Origin: Schizosaccharomyces osmophilus
Taxonomy: Eukaryota
Reading direction: 5' to 3'
Assembly (NCBI RefSeq): GCF_027921745.1
Contig: NC_079238.1
Coordinates: forward strand, 310,001-374,000
DNA: 64,000 nucleotides
The notes below the pieces were generated by a model. The model was not told where the DNA came from and searched no databases. It was given only the letters and a program-made list of their open reading frames with translations. Each line of letters opens with the position of its first letter. Position 1 is the first letter of the stretch. Positions 46,616 to 58,496 of the stretch are shown here, piece by piece. Made by a program: the position numbers and the translations under genes.

Positions 46616-47065
46616 ATGTCAACAGAAGGAGATTTTGTGCCCCAGGCTGAAGAAGTCGTCGAAAACGTTGAGGCTGTTGAGCAGGAAACTGCTCCTTCCA
46701 CCCAATTGTCTGTCGAAGATGCTTTGAAGGAGGTTTTGAAGCGTTCCCTTGTTCACGACGGTCTTGCTCGTGGTGTTCGTGAAGCTTCCAAGGCCCTTGA
46801 TCGTCGTCAAGCTCACCTTTGCGTTCTTTGCGAAAGCTGTGACCAAGAAGCTTATGTTAAGCTTGTTGAGGCTCTCTGTGCCGAATCCCAAACTCCTTTG
46901 GTGAAGGTTGCCGATCCTAAAGTTTTGGGTGAATGGGCTGGCCTTTGTGTCCTTGACCGTGATGGTAATGCTCGTAAAGTCGTTGGTTGCTCTTGCGTTG
47001 CCGTCACTGACTACGGTGAGGACTCTGTTGCTTTGCAAACTTTGCTTTCCAGCTTTTCTGCTTAA
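46616..47065 (+). CDS. rps1202: 40S ribosomal protein S12 (eS12)
   Basis: ATG 46616; [32 protein letters not shown]. Paralog number inferred from position. Confidence 0.94.
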   Translation: MSTEGDFVPQAEEVVENVEAVEQETAPSTQLSVEDALKEVLKRSLVHDGLARGVREASKALDRRQAHLCVLCESCDQEAYVKLVEALCAESQTPLVKVADPKVLGEWAGLCVLDRDGNARKVVGCSCVAVTDYGEDSVALQTLLSSFSA

Positions 47066-47797
47066 AGCTAGAAGCAATGGTTTTTCGATAGCAATACAAT
47101 ACATTCTTCAGCATGCAAATGAATTAGGACTGTAAATTGATAGTAGAGCAGTAAGATTTGTTTACATTTGTTATTTTATCGATACTTATTATAGCGATGA
47201 ATCGTTTCTACTATATAAAAAATAAAATCAATGCTTATATTGTGTTCATACAGCTCAACGAAGTGAATGACGATCTGGCAAAAATTGTGTGTATCATTAA
47301 TCTTCTACACGAAGTAACGTCTTTCAGTCTATAATTAGTTCCAAAGAAAACACAATCTCCATGGTTTCTTATATGTTTCTTTAGAATGTTTATTAAAAGC
47401 TGGTAATCATCTATAACTAGCTAACTTTTTAAGTTAGTTCATGTTAGCTAGCAGCCAAAAGTTTCACGGACGGACTGGTATTTTCATCGGTAACAAACGA
47501 AGGTAGATTAAAAAAAAAATTACTGGATCCAATTAGAATACAATGAATATATCTTTCAAGAGGGACAAGCCTGTAAAGACAAAGGCACACCTGTCGTGGT
47601 GATAGTTAAAGATCAATGCGACTCGAGGGCCAACTTTCTAAAACGAGCGTAGAGATTAAATAAATTATAAAGCGCTTTAAGGACATAACTAGAAGCACGT
47701 TTAAAAAAGTACGATATCGAAGGATACAAAGAAGCGTAAGAACGTTCATGAAAAAACAAAAAAAATAATGAATGGGGTGGGATAAAGCAAAGCAGTC

Positions 47798-48577
47798 TCA
47801 GGAGGATTCATTGTTCATACTGCCACTGCTTTTGGTTTTTCGTAAAGCCGGATATGTAAGAGAATCAGTAGAAGTTGTAGAGGAAAGAGGAAGTTGTGCT
47901 GTATACGGTTTTTCAGGAAAAAAGAAAGAGTTCGCAGATCGAGATGTTGAGTCCAAACCTTTATGAATAATTTGCTGATACTCTGAAAGCTGAAAAATTA
48001 ACGACATATTAGGACCAATCCAAGGGGATCGTTGCTTGACATATTCATACGCATCGGATACATTTAAATTTAGAGTTTTCATAATAAACGCAATAACAAG
48101 ACATGCAGATCTAGAAATTCCCATTTGACAATTTATCAAAACACGCTTGTTCAAATAAAGTGCTTGATAAGTAACGAATGACACCAATTGATCCAATTCA
48201 ACCAAAAACTGCGAATCGTGCTCCCAGGGTATGTGGATATACTCAAGGCAATCAAACACATGAATATCTAGGTTATATTTGGAATCCCTGTAGCAACGAC
48301 CCTCGCTCGTGAACGGTTGTACAACTTCTTTGGCGACATTGACGACGACGTCGAAGGATTGTAAAATCGGCATAGATGGTTTTGCGTAAAGGTATATATT
48401 TGGAGGATAGATACACACAGGACCATTTGGATAAGGCTGGTTGCCAATATAATTTGAAGGCGATGGTATAATAGAATTATAGGGAGACAAGGACTGATCA
48501 GAGGCATCAGATTCATCATTTCTTATGTTAGGAAGGGAAGACGTCGATATTTTTAAAGGGAGTAACTTTTGTGACAT
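47798..48577 (-). CDS. pmp1: Dual-specificity MAP kinase phosphatase Pmp1 (frame open upstream to ATG 48718)
   Basis: LINCQMGISRS active site and SPWIGPNMSL. Start at MSQKLLPLKI chosen by recalled similarity to the S. pombe N-terminus. Confidence 0.9.
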   Translation of the reverse strand: MSQKLLPLKISTSSLPNIRNDESDASDQSLSPYNSIIPSPSNYIGNQPYPNGPVCIYPPNIYLYAKPSMPILQSFDVVVNVAKEVVQPFTSEGRCYRDSKYNLDIHVFDCLEYIHIPWEHDSQFLVELDQLVSFVTYQALYLNKRVLINCQMGISRSACLVIAFIMKTLNLNVSDAYEYVKQRSPWIGPNMSLIFQLSEYQQIIHKGLDSTSRSANSFFFPEKPYTAQLPLSSTTSTDSLTYPALRKTKSSGSMNNESS

Positions 48578-49416
48578 TCGATTTTGAGGGAACTTCCTTG
48601 AAAGCTTCGTTGAAGGTGTTGCCGGTTCAGAGTTTTCTGAAACCGACCAAAGCTTCATCCTCACATCATGACAATTACGAACATTTTCTTCTGGTTCCTT
48701 TGCAGCTCGACTCTCCATTCTCTTGATAAATGCTACTTTGTATTTGGTAAAACCTCAAGACCATGCCACAACGCTTCGTTTTGTTCAATCTAAACAACCT
48801 CAACATCCAATAGGAACGCTAATGTTGGTCCCTTCAATTATATTTTCAAACTTCTTATTTTCTGTAGTTCAAATCCTTTTTTAATTTATAGAGGAAGAAT
48901 GCGAGTTGTGAATTTGAAAAATCTCCCTTTACGGCGAAGTCACAGAGGTAACAGAGGATGACTTTATACACAGCATTAAAAGAAAAATAAGTCTACATTG
49001 AAAAGTCATTACTAAGTAAATTAAGCAAGAAGAAGTAACTTTTGAATGTTCTATAATGAGATTAGGAATAATCTAGTGGTATTCCATTGGGAAAGGTCGA
49101 TATCCACTATTGATTTTATACGCATGAAGCAATGCTTGACATCAAACATATGGATTTTTTATGGGCCAAAAAGATAATCGTTATTAAGTAATTTATTTAT
49201 AAAAAGTATCAAATTGAATTTTGGGAAGGAAAAAAAAGAAAGAAATTCGTGTCGGCAGAGCAGTCCAGAACAGGCGTAAGAAGGAAACAGAAGCAAGGTC
49301 GGATTATTATGCTAGTAAATTACTAAAGATCGTAGAACATATAAAAAACACTCCTCTACTAATTGACTCGTTTATGGTAGGAGTTAATGTAACACTTAAT
49401 TATGAAAATAGAGAAT

Positions 49417-50607
49417 TTATAGAGGTGACTCGGGTTCTGGGGAAACATTCAAAGAGCTTTTTGTGGGCGTAGAGTGATTGTAAGAGGTATCAAGGAACGA
49501 AGGACCAAAAGAGGAATCTTGAGAGTTCTCTATGTACTTCATGGAGGGTTGTCGCACAGTCGAACTTGTTGACATGGACGAAGAAGGTTGTCTAGGCCGA
49601 AGGGGAGAATGTGGTAACCTTTGCAGTTTGGATTGGAAGCGAGAAGTATCAGAAAACACGGAATGCCTAAAAGAAGCACGAGATGGTGAAGTACTTCTGT
49701 AATTTGATTTATAGCCTTGGGAAGAAGGAGGCGGGCGGAATAGAGGACGATCTGGTGAACTGTAAGCAGATGTATCAGTACTTATGGATCTAGATGGAGA
49801 CGAATGTACGGAATTCGATAAATCAAGGGCAGTAGAGTGAGGTGCCATTTCTATAGAATTTTGACCGGGCTGATGACTCGATAAAGAGGCATCGATCGCT
49901 TGTTGAACCAAACCAAGGCACAGTTCAGCCAAACTGCGGCATAGAGCCTCCACAACGGTAGATGGAGTAGTATGGGTGAGCGTGATGGCATGCTGAACAG
50001 CCTGTTTTATAGGCTCTAGAACAGCCGGGGAAGGATGATATGTTTGTAGCCGTGATAAGGCGGTTTGCATAGTATTTAAAGGAGCTGGGGAAAAGGATTG
50101 GGTGTTCATATGTGAAGCAGCATTCCTAGAATTCCCATAAGGACTATAAGAATGAGAGGCAGATGAAATAGTTGGTGAGTGTTGACTCATATGAAACTCA
50201 ATGTTGCTCAGTCTGAACTTGAGTTCATCCAATTCGCGTAGAACCGTTGAGTTCTCCGAAGGAGAAGCTCGTTCAAGAGATGTTTCTGCTAAAGGTCCAA
50301 CCGCGTTGCGCATAGAAGCGTGATTTATTACTGGTCGTTCGAGTCCAAACGGATCCTGAGACCTGCTATTGGCATCCAACGAAGATAACCCACTTCGACT
50401 ACTTTCCTGCATGTAGCCATGATTTTCCCTAGTAGCAACGTCCGGCCCGGAATTCAGAGAAGGTAAATCATCTTGATGCTTCGCATTCTGGAAATAAGAT
50501 TCATGGGTATTTAATGAAATATTGGGACGCGACTTCACTGAGGCTTCATAGCTTAAAAAAGGATCCTCTACAACTCCTTTGTCGAAAGAGAAATCGTTAC
50601 TCGACAT
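49417..50607 (-). CDS. mto2: Microtubule-organiser protein Mto2
   Basis: 396-aa S/P-rich ORF from ATG 50607 with helical core VVEALCRSLAELCLGLVQ; position next to pmp1 matches recalled S. pombe order. Confidence 0.82.
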   Translation of the reverse strand: MSSNDFSFDKGVVEDPFLSYEASVKSRPNISLNTHESYFQNAKHQDDLPSLNSGPDVATRENHGYMQESSRSGLSSLDANSRSQDPFGLERPVINHASMRNAVGPLAETSLERASPSENSTVLRELDELKFRLSNIEFHMSQHSPTISSASHSYSPYGNSRNAASHMNTQSFSPAPLNTMQTALSRLQTYHPSPAVLEPIKQAVQHAITLTHTTPSTVVEALCRSLAELCLGLVQQAIDASLSSHQPGQNSIEMAPHSTALDLSNSVHSSPSRSISTDTSAYSSPDRPLFRPPPSSQGYKSNYRSTSPSRASFRHSVFSDTSRFQSKLQRLPHSPLRPRQPSSSMSTSSTVRQPSMKYIENSQDSSFGPSFLDTSYNHSTPTKSSLNVSPEPESPL

Positions 50608-51407
50608 ACAAACCACCAGCAAAAGATGCTGGAGGATTTCAATGAACTATTCGGCAGGTATTACAGTTCATGCAGTATCTCGATGAACATGGAATTGTGA
50701 AAACCAGCGTTCACACTATACATGATATCATTCTGCATGGTACTTCGAAGGACTATGTAAATAAACAATAGGAGAATAATAAAAAAAGAAAAAGAATACC
50801 AGTAATTAATAGTTGAAATATGGTCTTATTTTCTATCAAATTTTTTTGTAATTATTTCATGTGCTCGATTGATTTTACACAATTTCAAAAATGACCTTTA
50901 TGAATTCATCCAAATGGTTCCAAGGCAATGACTTTCTTTCAACGAAACGAAAAATTCAGGTTCTTCTCAAAAAGATTTTGGAAACTAACTGAAAACAATC
51001 AATTTGTTCTCTTTTATCCTTTATAATACCCACTTTTTTCATCAGAAATCGTCAATGCAGGTAGCAAAGCAACTTGTCACCCAGGTTCAGAAACATACTG
51101 TTGTTACACCATGAATGTACAACAATCCGTACTTGGGGTCAGTTAAAAATTTAAATCAGCTATAACATAGCCTGTTCCACTACATTTCCTTCTTCAGAAA
51201 AATTTGTTTTTAAAGGTTTCCCTTGTTTTTCTGCCCCGTGACTTTTTCTTTTAGTCAAACAAGAAACTTATCCTTCTTTTGTCTGTGATACGGGAATTTT
51301 TCTCTTATTTGCTATAACTTGCTTTCTTTTTGACAAGCGTTTTTTTTTTTTTTTTTTTTTGGGTTTTCGTTAATTTCTTATTGCGTTCTCCTTTAAAGCT
51401 TTGCAAT

Positions 51408-51740
51408 ATGTCAGGTGCTGCTCCATCTAGGGAATATTTTAATGAAAACGTTACTCCTGTTCTTTTGGAGGGAATGAAAGTGCTTGCTCGAGATAGGCCT
51501 GAAAATCCTCTCCAAGTGTTGGGCCATTACTTGTTAGATGCTAGTCAGAATCAACTACAAAGAAAACAGCCTGAACCAATGATTTCTGAACCCCAGTCTC
51601 AGGCGCAATCGCAAAATATGAACCAAATTTCCCCAACATCGATTTCGAATTCGAATTCGAATCCCCAATATCCTTCCACAGCAGATGCTTCTCAATATAT
51701 TTCACCAACTTCGGTTCCAGACACGTCATCAGGTCCTTAA
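51408..51740 (+). CDS. sdc1: Dpy-30 domain COMPASS/Set1C subunit Sdc1
   Basis: ATG 51408: GAAPSREYFNENVTPVLLEGMKVLARDRPENPLQVLGHYL Dpy-30 motif, then a Q/S/P-rich tail. Confidence 0.9.
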   Translation: MSGAAPSREYFNENVTPVLLEGMKVLARDRPENPLQVLGHYLLDASQNQLQRKQPEPMISEPQSQAQSQNMNQISPTSISNSNSNPQYPSTADASQYISPTSVPDTSSGP

Positions 51741-52839
51741 TGGCTTTTGTTGTTGCTCCTTGCTGGAACTATAGAATTGAAATATTTCATTGACGAACTC
51801 TATCCAACGTTTAGGGTGGGCTAGACTCAGCGAAATTACCTAGGGCTTAAGAGAACTATCGAACAAATCCATCAAGGACCATGCTGTGAATATGAATCTG
51901 GTTATAAAAATGTGCTTTCGTTTTTAAGTTGGTTTTAATTCTTGATTACCTTTCTCCGCCATTCCTTAACATGTTGTTAGTCTGAAAAGTACCTGAATGG
52001 ATTCTTTTTCATGGGGATGCATGTTGAGTATAAATACTAACAGGTCGAGAGACCGCGTATGATTACAGCTGAGTTTTCATACTAAACGAATCCACACTTA
52101 CACTTAATCCCTACATCCTTTCAAACAATGGAAAAGCTGTTGTAAGAGAATTAGATCATCCGCTCGGTTGCTTTTCGTATGAACAAAACGCATCAGGCGA
52201 AGGCGAAGGCCAAGTTGGCCTTCGCCTGATGCTACCTAGATTTGCACTCCAGAGCTTAAAAAAGTTTTTTATTTATCTTCTAGTTCTCTATTTTTGTTTT
52301 ATATTCACGTTTGATAACTTGTTTATCAAAATACTATTTTTGGGCATACATGCCTCACAAATTTACTGGTATCTACATATGACGCTTTCCCAGTACTATG
52401 AGAGCAGTAACGAAAAATGACTTAGGCAAAGTGTTGTCCATCATAGGCCATTTTTGTACGTAAAACAGCAATTAGTTCAACTAGTATGCAAAAGATCCTG
52501 TTGTATTCCCTTCCTACTTCAAGCGTATTATTTGTAACCCATAACCCAGGTAACAACAGTCCAGAATTACAGAAATCCTTTTACAATTCGCAAATTCTTG
52601 ATTTCGTAACGTTAAGCTCATTTTATTCTATTCTACTTTATTTGATTTCTTGTAGGCTTATTTATTATACCAGCTTTCCTGGCATCAATTCTTTCCGTCC
52701 CTTTTGCGTTCCTTTGCGTTATCGTGTTTTCCGATATACGTTTGCGTACGCAATCCATTGTTTATATTGAAACGGGAAGTCTGAACTCACACTCCACACC
52801 CTCTGCAAATCTTGAACGGGAATACAGGAACTCGCAGAA

Positions 52840-54273
52840 ATGATCTCGTTACTCCGTAGTCAAGCCTCTTTAAGAGCCATCCCTAGATGCTCACAAGCCA
52901 GCTTTGTATGTACATTAATTCTTACGTCCATCAACAATGAAGACGGGTCCTTCACTTCAACAAGAGGTTCTAAAGCTACTTCATGCTAACCAGCGATATT
53001 AGAGACGTATGAATAGCTCTCAAGCAAAAGGAGCCTTTGAAGGTATCAAGAACGCCAATGGAAACTATCTTGTTACTATGATTGCTGGTGACGGCATAGG
53101 ACCGGAAATCGCAAAATCTGTTGAACAAGTCTTCGCTGCTGCAAAGGTATGTTTCCTTACAGAATGAAAGAGATGAAGTAAAAACAGGACTGACAAAATA
53201 TTGTAGGTCCCTATTGAATGGGAACCTGTCAAGGTTTACCCTCTTTTAAAAAATGGTATGTATTCTTTCATAGAAAACAAATCACGTTGACGAAACGTTT
53301 TGTTTGTTTTTCATCTGCGTTCTTGATTATTAATACTTTCTGCCTTATAGGAACAACCGCTATTCCCGAAGATGCTGCTGAGTCGGTGAGAAAGAACAAG
53401 GTTGCTTTGAAGGGACCTTTAGCAACTCCAGTCGGCAAAGGACATGTTTCTATGAACCTTACTCTTCGTAGAACTTTTGGACTTTTTGCAAACGTTCGTC
53501 CTTGCGTTTCCATTAACGGCTATAAAACCCCTTATGACAATGTCCACACGGTTTTAATTCGTGAAAACACCGAAGGTGAATACTCCGGTATTGAGCATGA
53601 AGTCGTTCCTGGCGTTGTTCAATCTATCAAGCTGATTACTCGTGCTGCTTCTGAACGCGTCGTTCGCTATGCTTTCCAATATGCTCGTCAAATCGGCAAA
53701 GACAACATCACCGTGGTTCACAAGGCTACCATCATGAAAATGGCTGACGGTTTGTTCCTTGACACCGCAAAGCAAATTGCTCCCGAATTCCCTGATATTA
53801 AATTGAATGAGCAAATTCTTGACGATACTTGCCTCAACATTGTTACCGATCCCGTTCCCTACAATGACACTGTCATGGTTATGCCCAACTTGTACGGTGA
53901 TATCGTTTCTGACTTGTGTGCTGGTCTGATTGGTGGTCTTGGATTAACTCCCTCCGGTAACATCGGTAAGGATGCCTCCATTTTTGAAGCTGTTCACGGA
54001 ACTGCTCCTGATATTGCTGGAAAGAGTCTTGCCAACCCCACTGCTTTGCTTCTTTCCTCCATCATGATGTTGAGACATATGAATTTGAATGAGCACGCTG
54101 CTAAAATTGAGACAGGTATGTCTAATGATAATACAATTGTGGCTCTTAATCTAACACTTTTTTTAGCTATATTTGATACCCTTGCCAACAGTCCCGAATC
54201 TCGTACCAAGGACCTGGGAGGTAAATCTTCGAACGTCGAATACACAGAAGCCATCATTTCCCGCCTCAAGTAA
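52840..54273 (+). CDS. idh2: Mitochondrial NAD-isocitrate dehydrogenase subunit 2, 5 exons
   Basis: Exons 52840-52905, 53003-53146, 53207-53255, 53351-54115, 54167-54273. Motifs [39 protein letters not shown]. Confidence 0.95.
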
Positions 54274-54476
54274 TGACTTTTATCCTCAATCTTTTTTGCA
54301 TTAATGCCTTCCTTAAGCAATTATGCCGATGACTTTCTACACTGAAATAATATTTCAAATACAAACCATCTAACCCCCTTCTTTAATTTTACAGATTTCT
54401 CAATAAAATAAAAATTAAATGAAATTTATTACCTTAAATAACAGACTAAGAACTGTTATGTTTTCTTTTTTGTACT

Positions 54477-56349
54477 CTATTCATTGCCGTCTTCCATCAT
54501 GTTTTCCGAAGTTTGTAAAGGTATAGTAGCAGTTTTGGCAACCCATTCTAATTGAACATCTTTCAAAGAAGGAATGCGTAAGACTCCATGGTAAAACTGT
54601 TATTAATGTTAGAGAATGTAGTTGACTTCAATTTGTAAACGGCACTTACGCGTTCTGCTGATTTTCTATTTTGAAAATTAATCAACCGTTCATCAGGATT
54701 AAGTTCATCAATACTTTCATAATCGCCAATACTGAAAACGGATTGTAGTAAAGTTTCATTCTTCTCGGGCGTCACATTTTTAACTTTAATCTTTGTAGGC
54801 CGATTGTCTATGGACATTGATGCCAAAGAGAATGCACCTCTACCTCTTCCTCTATATGCAGAAGACCCTCGCTGAGAAGCTAAGGATGAAGAAGGATGAT
54901 GATTCGTGGACTGACCTGCCTGACTTCCCTCACCTGCTACAGGAATACCCAAACTTTCAGCTTCCGCTTTTAGGACTGCTAGCTGAGTTTCCAATAGCTG
55001 TGAATTGTTCTTGCTTTCAGGGTCGGCTTCCCTCATCTTGCTCATTAGTAACTTTTGTTGTTCAAGCTGCTGCAAAGCCAATTCTTGTTTTCTTTTGTTC
55101 AACTCTTCCAGGGCTTTTTTGTTTTCTTCTAGACGCTTCATTCGTCCTTCATGCAGTTTTTGCTTTTCGGCAATATCCTTATGAAAATCTTCGTTTTGCA
55201 ATAAAAGAGTGGGGTCCTCGTCCTCTTGATATTCAACATCTGGAGATTCTGATGAAACTTGAGAAAAATCTTTGCGGAAGGCAGGTCGACCTTGGGAAGC
55301 TTTATTAGAATTATACCAAAAAATTTTAATAAATCTATTGTTGAATATTGGCTCTGGCGTTGTCCATGCATTCTGAGCCGCCTCATGAGATGTAAAAGTC
55401 AATATAGCTGCATGATGCTCAGGATCAAGTTCAACCTTTTCGAGAATACCGAATTTGGAAAAAAACGAATGGACTTTCTCTTCATCCATATATTCTTGGG
55501 GAATATTACGAACATGTAAAACTGTATTCGTTGGATCATTCGACGCAATACGAGCAGGCCGTTGACCCATCGGACCACCCTTAAAATTACGGCCACCAAA
55601 ACCTGCTTGACCCGCCCCGTAAGGGTCATTTCTTGAAACAGGCCGCTTTTTGTTTTTCATTTTTAAATATGAAGATGGATGACCTACAGGAGGAAAAGGG
55701 AGAGGAAAAGGAGGAATTCCAGCTGGACTAGAAGGGTTATAAAATCCAGGATTCTCTGGCATAAACCTTGAATCAGACATCGCAGGAGGAGGATACATTG
55801 GCATTGGCATCATGGGAGGCATTGGAGGAAAGAACGCATTTGGATTTTGCGGAGTTGGAGCGACGTAATTTGGAACAGGAGCACTCTGTTTCGGAGGAAA
55901 AGAATAGCTATCGGAATACTGGGGTGGTTCATTTGCTAGTACAGTAGCGGCCACTTCTGGGGCTTCTTCGAGATAGGATCGTTCACGTAAAACATCAAAT
56001 ATTTTATCAACAAAAGGAACAGTTTCTTGCCTCAAAAAGTCTTCAAGCTGCGAGTAACATAATTGACGAACTTCCTCTTCTGAAGATTCATGCCGCAAAA
56101 GAGCCATAGCATAATCTGACAACACGCCAGCATCAGCATCGGAACTATAGTTACATTAGCATTTAATGCTGAATAATAAAAAATAAAATAAAATCTCTTT
56201 ACAAAGAGACACCTCTTTTGTGTAAGGTTGCTGCTTTACTTACATGGGTTCTAATGCCTTTTCCAGATACTTTTTCAAGTACTAAACTAGTTAGAATTTT
56301 TTTTGCGCTACTAATATACCTGTGCATGTTCCTCTAAAAACAAGGGCAT
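54477..56349 (-). CDS. rmn1: PWI/RRM RNA-binding protein (RBM26/27-like) Rmn1, 4 exons
   Basis: Exons 56349-56320, 56281-56244, 56144-54650, 54596-54477. LEPISDADAGVLSDYAMALL (PWI) and RRM ending IFNNRFIKIFW. Confidence 0.88.
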
Positions 56350-57277
56350 CTTAAATAGAGGAAAGTTCTGTGAAAGGTTCTAGGTATAGGTTGTTGATGG
56401 ACATCTTAGCGGTTGGTACCAACTTCAAAAACTCGGTCATCAAATTAAAAGAAGGAATGCTAAAGAATACTTTGTCAATATATTACCAATTTTGAAGTCT
56501 GTCTTTACCTAACAATCGTAACACTTTTATCAACATTTGTAAAGTTTTGCCAAAATGGATATACTAGGCTTGCGACCATAAATGCCACGAGCTCTTGCTT
56601 TCTATAGATTTGTTTCTTCAACTATTATACTGCATTTGTTCCATGCATTGCTTTTCTGAAAGTAATTTGTGTATACAACCAGCTACTTACTACTTCTCTT
56701 CAGAACAACAGATGAATGAACATTAAAATAAAGCTTTTTCAGTAGAATAAATAAACGTCATCTTGGAATTTTCTCAAAGGCATTGCACAATGTCTACTTA
56801 ATTTTTCAATGGATAATTTACTGCATGTAATATCCATGAGTAGCCATAAGCGTAAACGAAATTAAAGCATCAAACAACAGGGAGCCTTAAATAATAATAT
56901 GTCTCGTGGAAGAGTTGGTAGAGGAAAAAAAAAGGAGAAGCATATCGAATTTTCATGTGTGCCAATGCTTTGAATTGGGTCAATTGATATAAAGAGTGTT
57001 TGAAGGCAAGAGGAAGTACCGTGTGAAATCTAAACAAAAACAAAAAGAGTAAATATCGTGCTCATTGAAAAATACAACAACGAATGATAGGAATTATTTG
57101 GGAGAAGAGCCAGTAAAAATACAGTCCAGTACTAAACTAAAAGTGAATAAAGGATTAACAACCAAGTCGACGCGATGACTAGAAAAGAAACAAACATTTT
57201 CTTATGAAACCCTCCGACTGCTCAGGGAACGAGGGAATTCGGACCATCGGAAAATGATCATGAGAATAAGTAGGCTT

Positions 57278-57910
57278 CTAAAGTGAATCCAACTGCGGAG
57301 GTTTCGCCAGGTCTTCCCTTCTACTTTTGGGTCGAGATGAAAACATCCTTGATTTTTGTGTCAACGCGGAAGAAGGTGCAATAGTTGCAGATGATTTACG
57401 AAATTGCTTTTTTCTCTTTTGACGTCTTTGTTCAGAGGTCAAATAGGCCGTCCGAAACGCTTCCCAGCCTTCTATGACAAGGATGTCAAAACGCTTACTC
57501 GATAATACCAAATGAACTCCGTGGTCTAAAGGATTTCGAAACTGGAAAAAAGGGACAGACGTAATTACGAGGCGAATGTTAAATAAGCGCAAAGCTTTGT
57601 TTGTCTGTTGAACGTAACGCGAAGGATATGCTATGCTTGAACGATAAAGTCCAAGGACATAAAACAACAACATGGTTACAATCCCTGAGAGCAGACATAA
57701 TTTATAAATGAGGTCGATTAACGAATATAGTGAAACCCGAAAAAACACCCGGTACGAAAAGTAAATATTCCATGTCAACATAGATATGTAAAAGGCTAGA
57801 TATTTTCGTCGACGGGAGCAAAGCTGTAGATATGTCTTTCGAAAGGAAGCTTCTAAAATTAAAAGATTATGGTACACAGCCAATGTATTAGGAACAAAAG
57901 GAGAAGACAT
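57278..57910 (-). CDS. spo7: Nem1-Spo7 phosphatase regulatory subunit Spo7
   Basis: ATG 57910; YHNLLILEASFR, RRRKY, two TM segments, NKALRLFN, EGWEAFR. Confidence 0.88.
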   Translation of the reverse strand: MSSPFVPNTLAVYHNLLILEASFRKTYLQLCSRRRKYLAFYISMLTWNIYFSYRVFFRVSLYSLIDLIYKLCLLSGIVTMLLFYVLGLYRSSIAYPSRYVQQTNKALRLFNIRLVITSVPFFQFRNPLDHGVHLVLSSKRFDILVIEGWEAFRTAYLTSEQRRQKRKKQFRKSSATIAPSSALTQKSRMFSSRPKSRREDLAKPPQLDSL

Positions 57911-58496
57911 GGCATTGTATGCTTTATCGAGCGTAAGAATGGAAAGATGCAAGCCAAATAATCTTAAAAAGTTACGAGAAAAACAATCACCAATTTGTCA
58001 TACACTCCCTCTACTCAGTTACCTAAATGCCAACACAGAAATCTTCCAAAACCAATTGCCCTTACAGTTAATATTGTCAATCCTTTGCTGTTATAAGAGC
58101 CACACACGTTTCTTACGACCAAGAACACCTTAATTTTACACAGCAAAGCCAATTAGACAATTTCCATCCGTACAAACTAGTAAGTAAGAAAACCTCTGCA
58201 ATCCAATTCACAAATTGATTGAAGACTCAACAAACTGGAAATATGCGAAAGATGCATAGAAATCGCGCGCATTCCCAAGATCCAGGATTGCGTGGCACTG
58301 TAAGTGTACATAAAGAGCGACACACAAATACACGATATGTATTTAAACGACTACATTAAGATTTCAAAAAGAAAAGAAGGTGTATCGGTACATTGTGTAA
58401 GAAAGGATAACGAGAAGGACTAGATTCTGGTAATCATATTTCCTCGTACATTCAAAGGTAAAAAGTGTAAATAAACCAGACCGTGTAGACGCGTCC

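Noticed and set aside
47417..47451. 9-bp inverted repeat CTAGCTAAC..GTTAGCTAG between rps12 and pmp1
   Set aside because: Short and isolated; no further support.
51644..51661. (TTCGAA)3 palindrome as a heat-shock element
   Set aside because: Spacing does not fit nGAAn arrays; it encodes SNSNSN in the Sdc1 tail.
51741..52839. Telomerase RNA candidate (TAACCC motif in a 1.1-kb gap)
   Set aside because: No Sm-site/5' splice-site end found, the motif is close to the idh2 start, and from recall TER1 lies in a different syntenic block.
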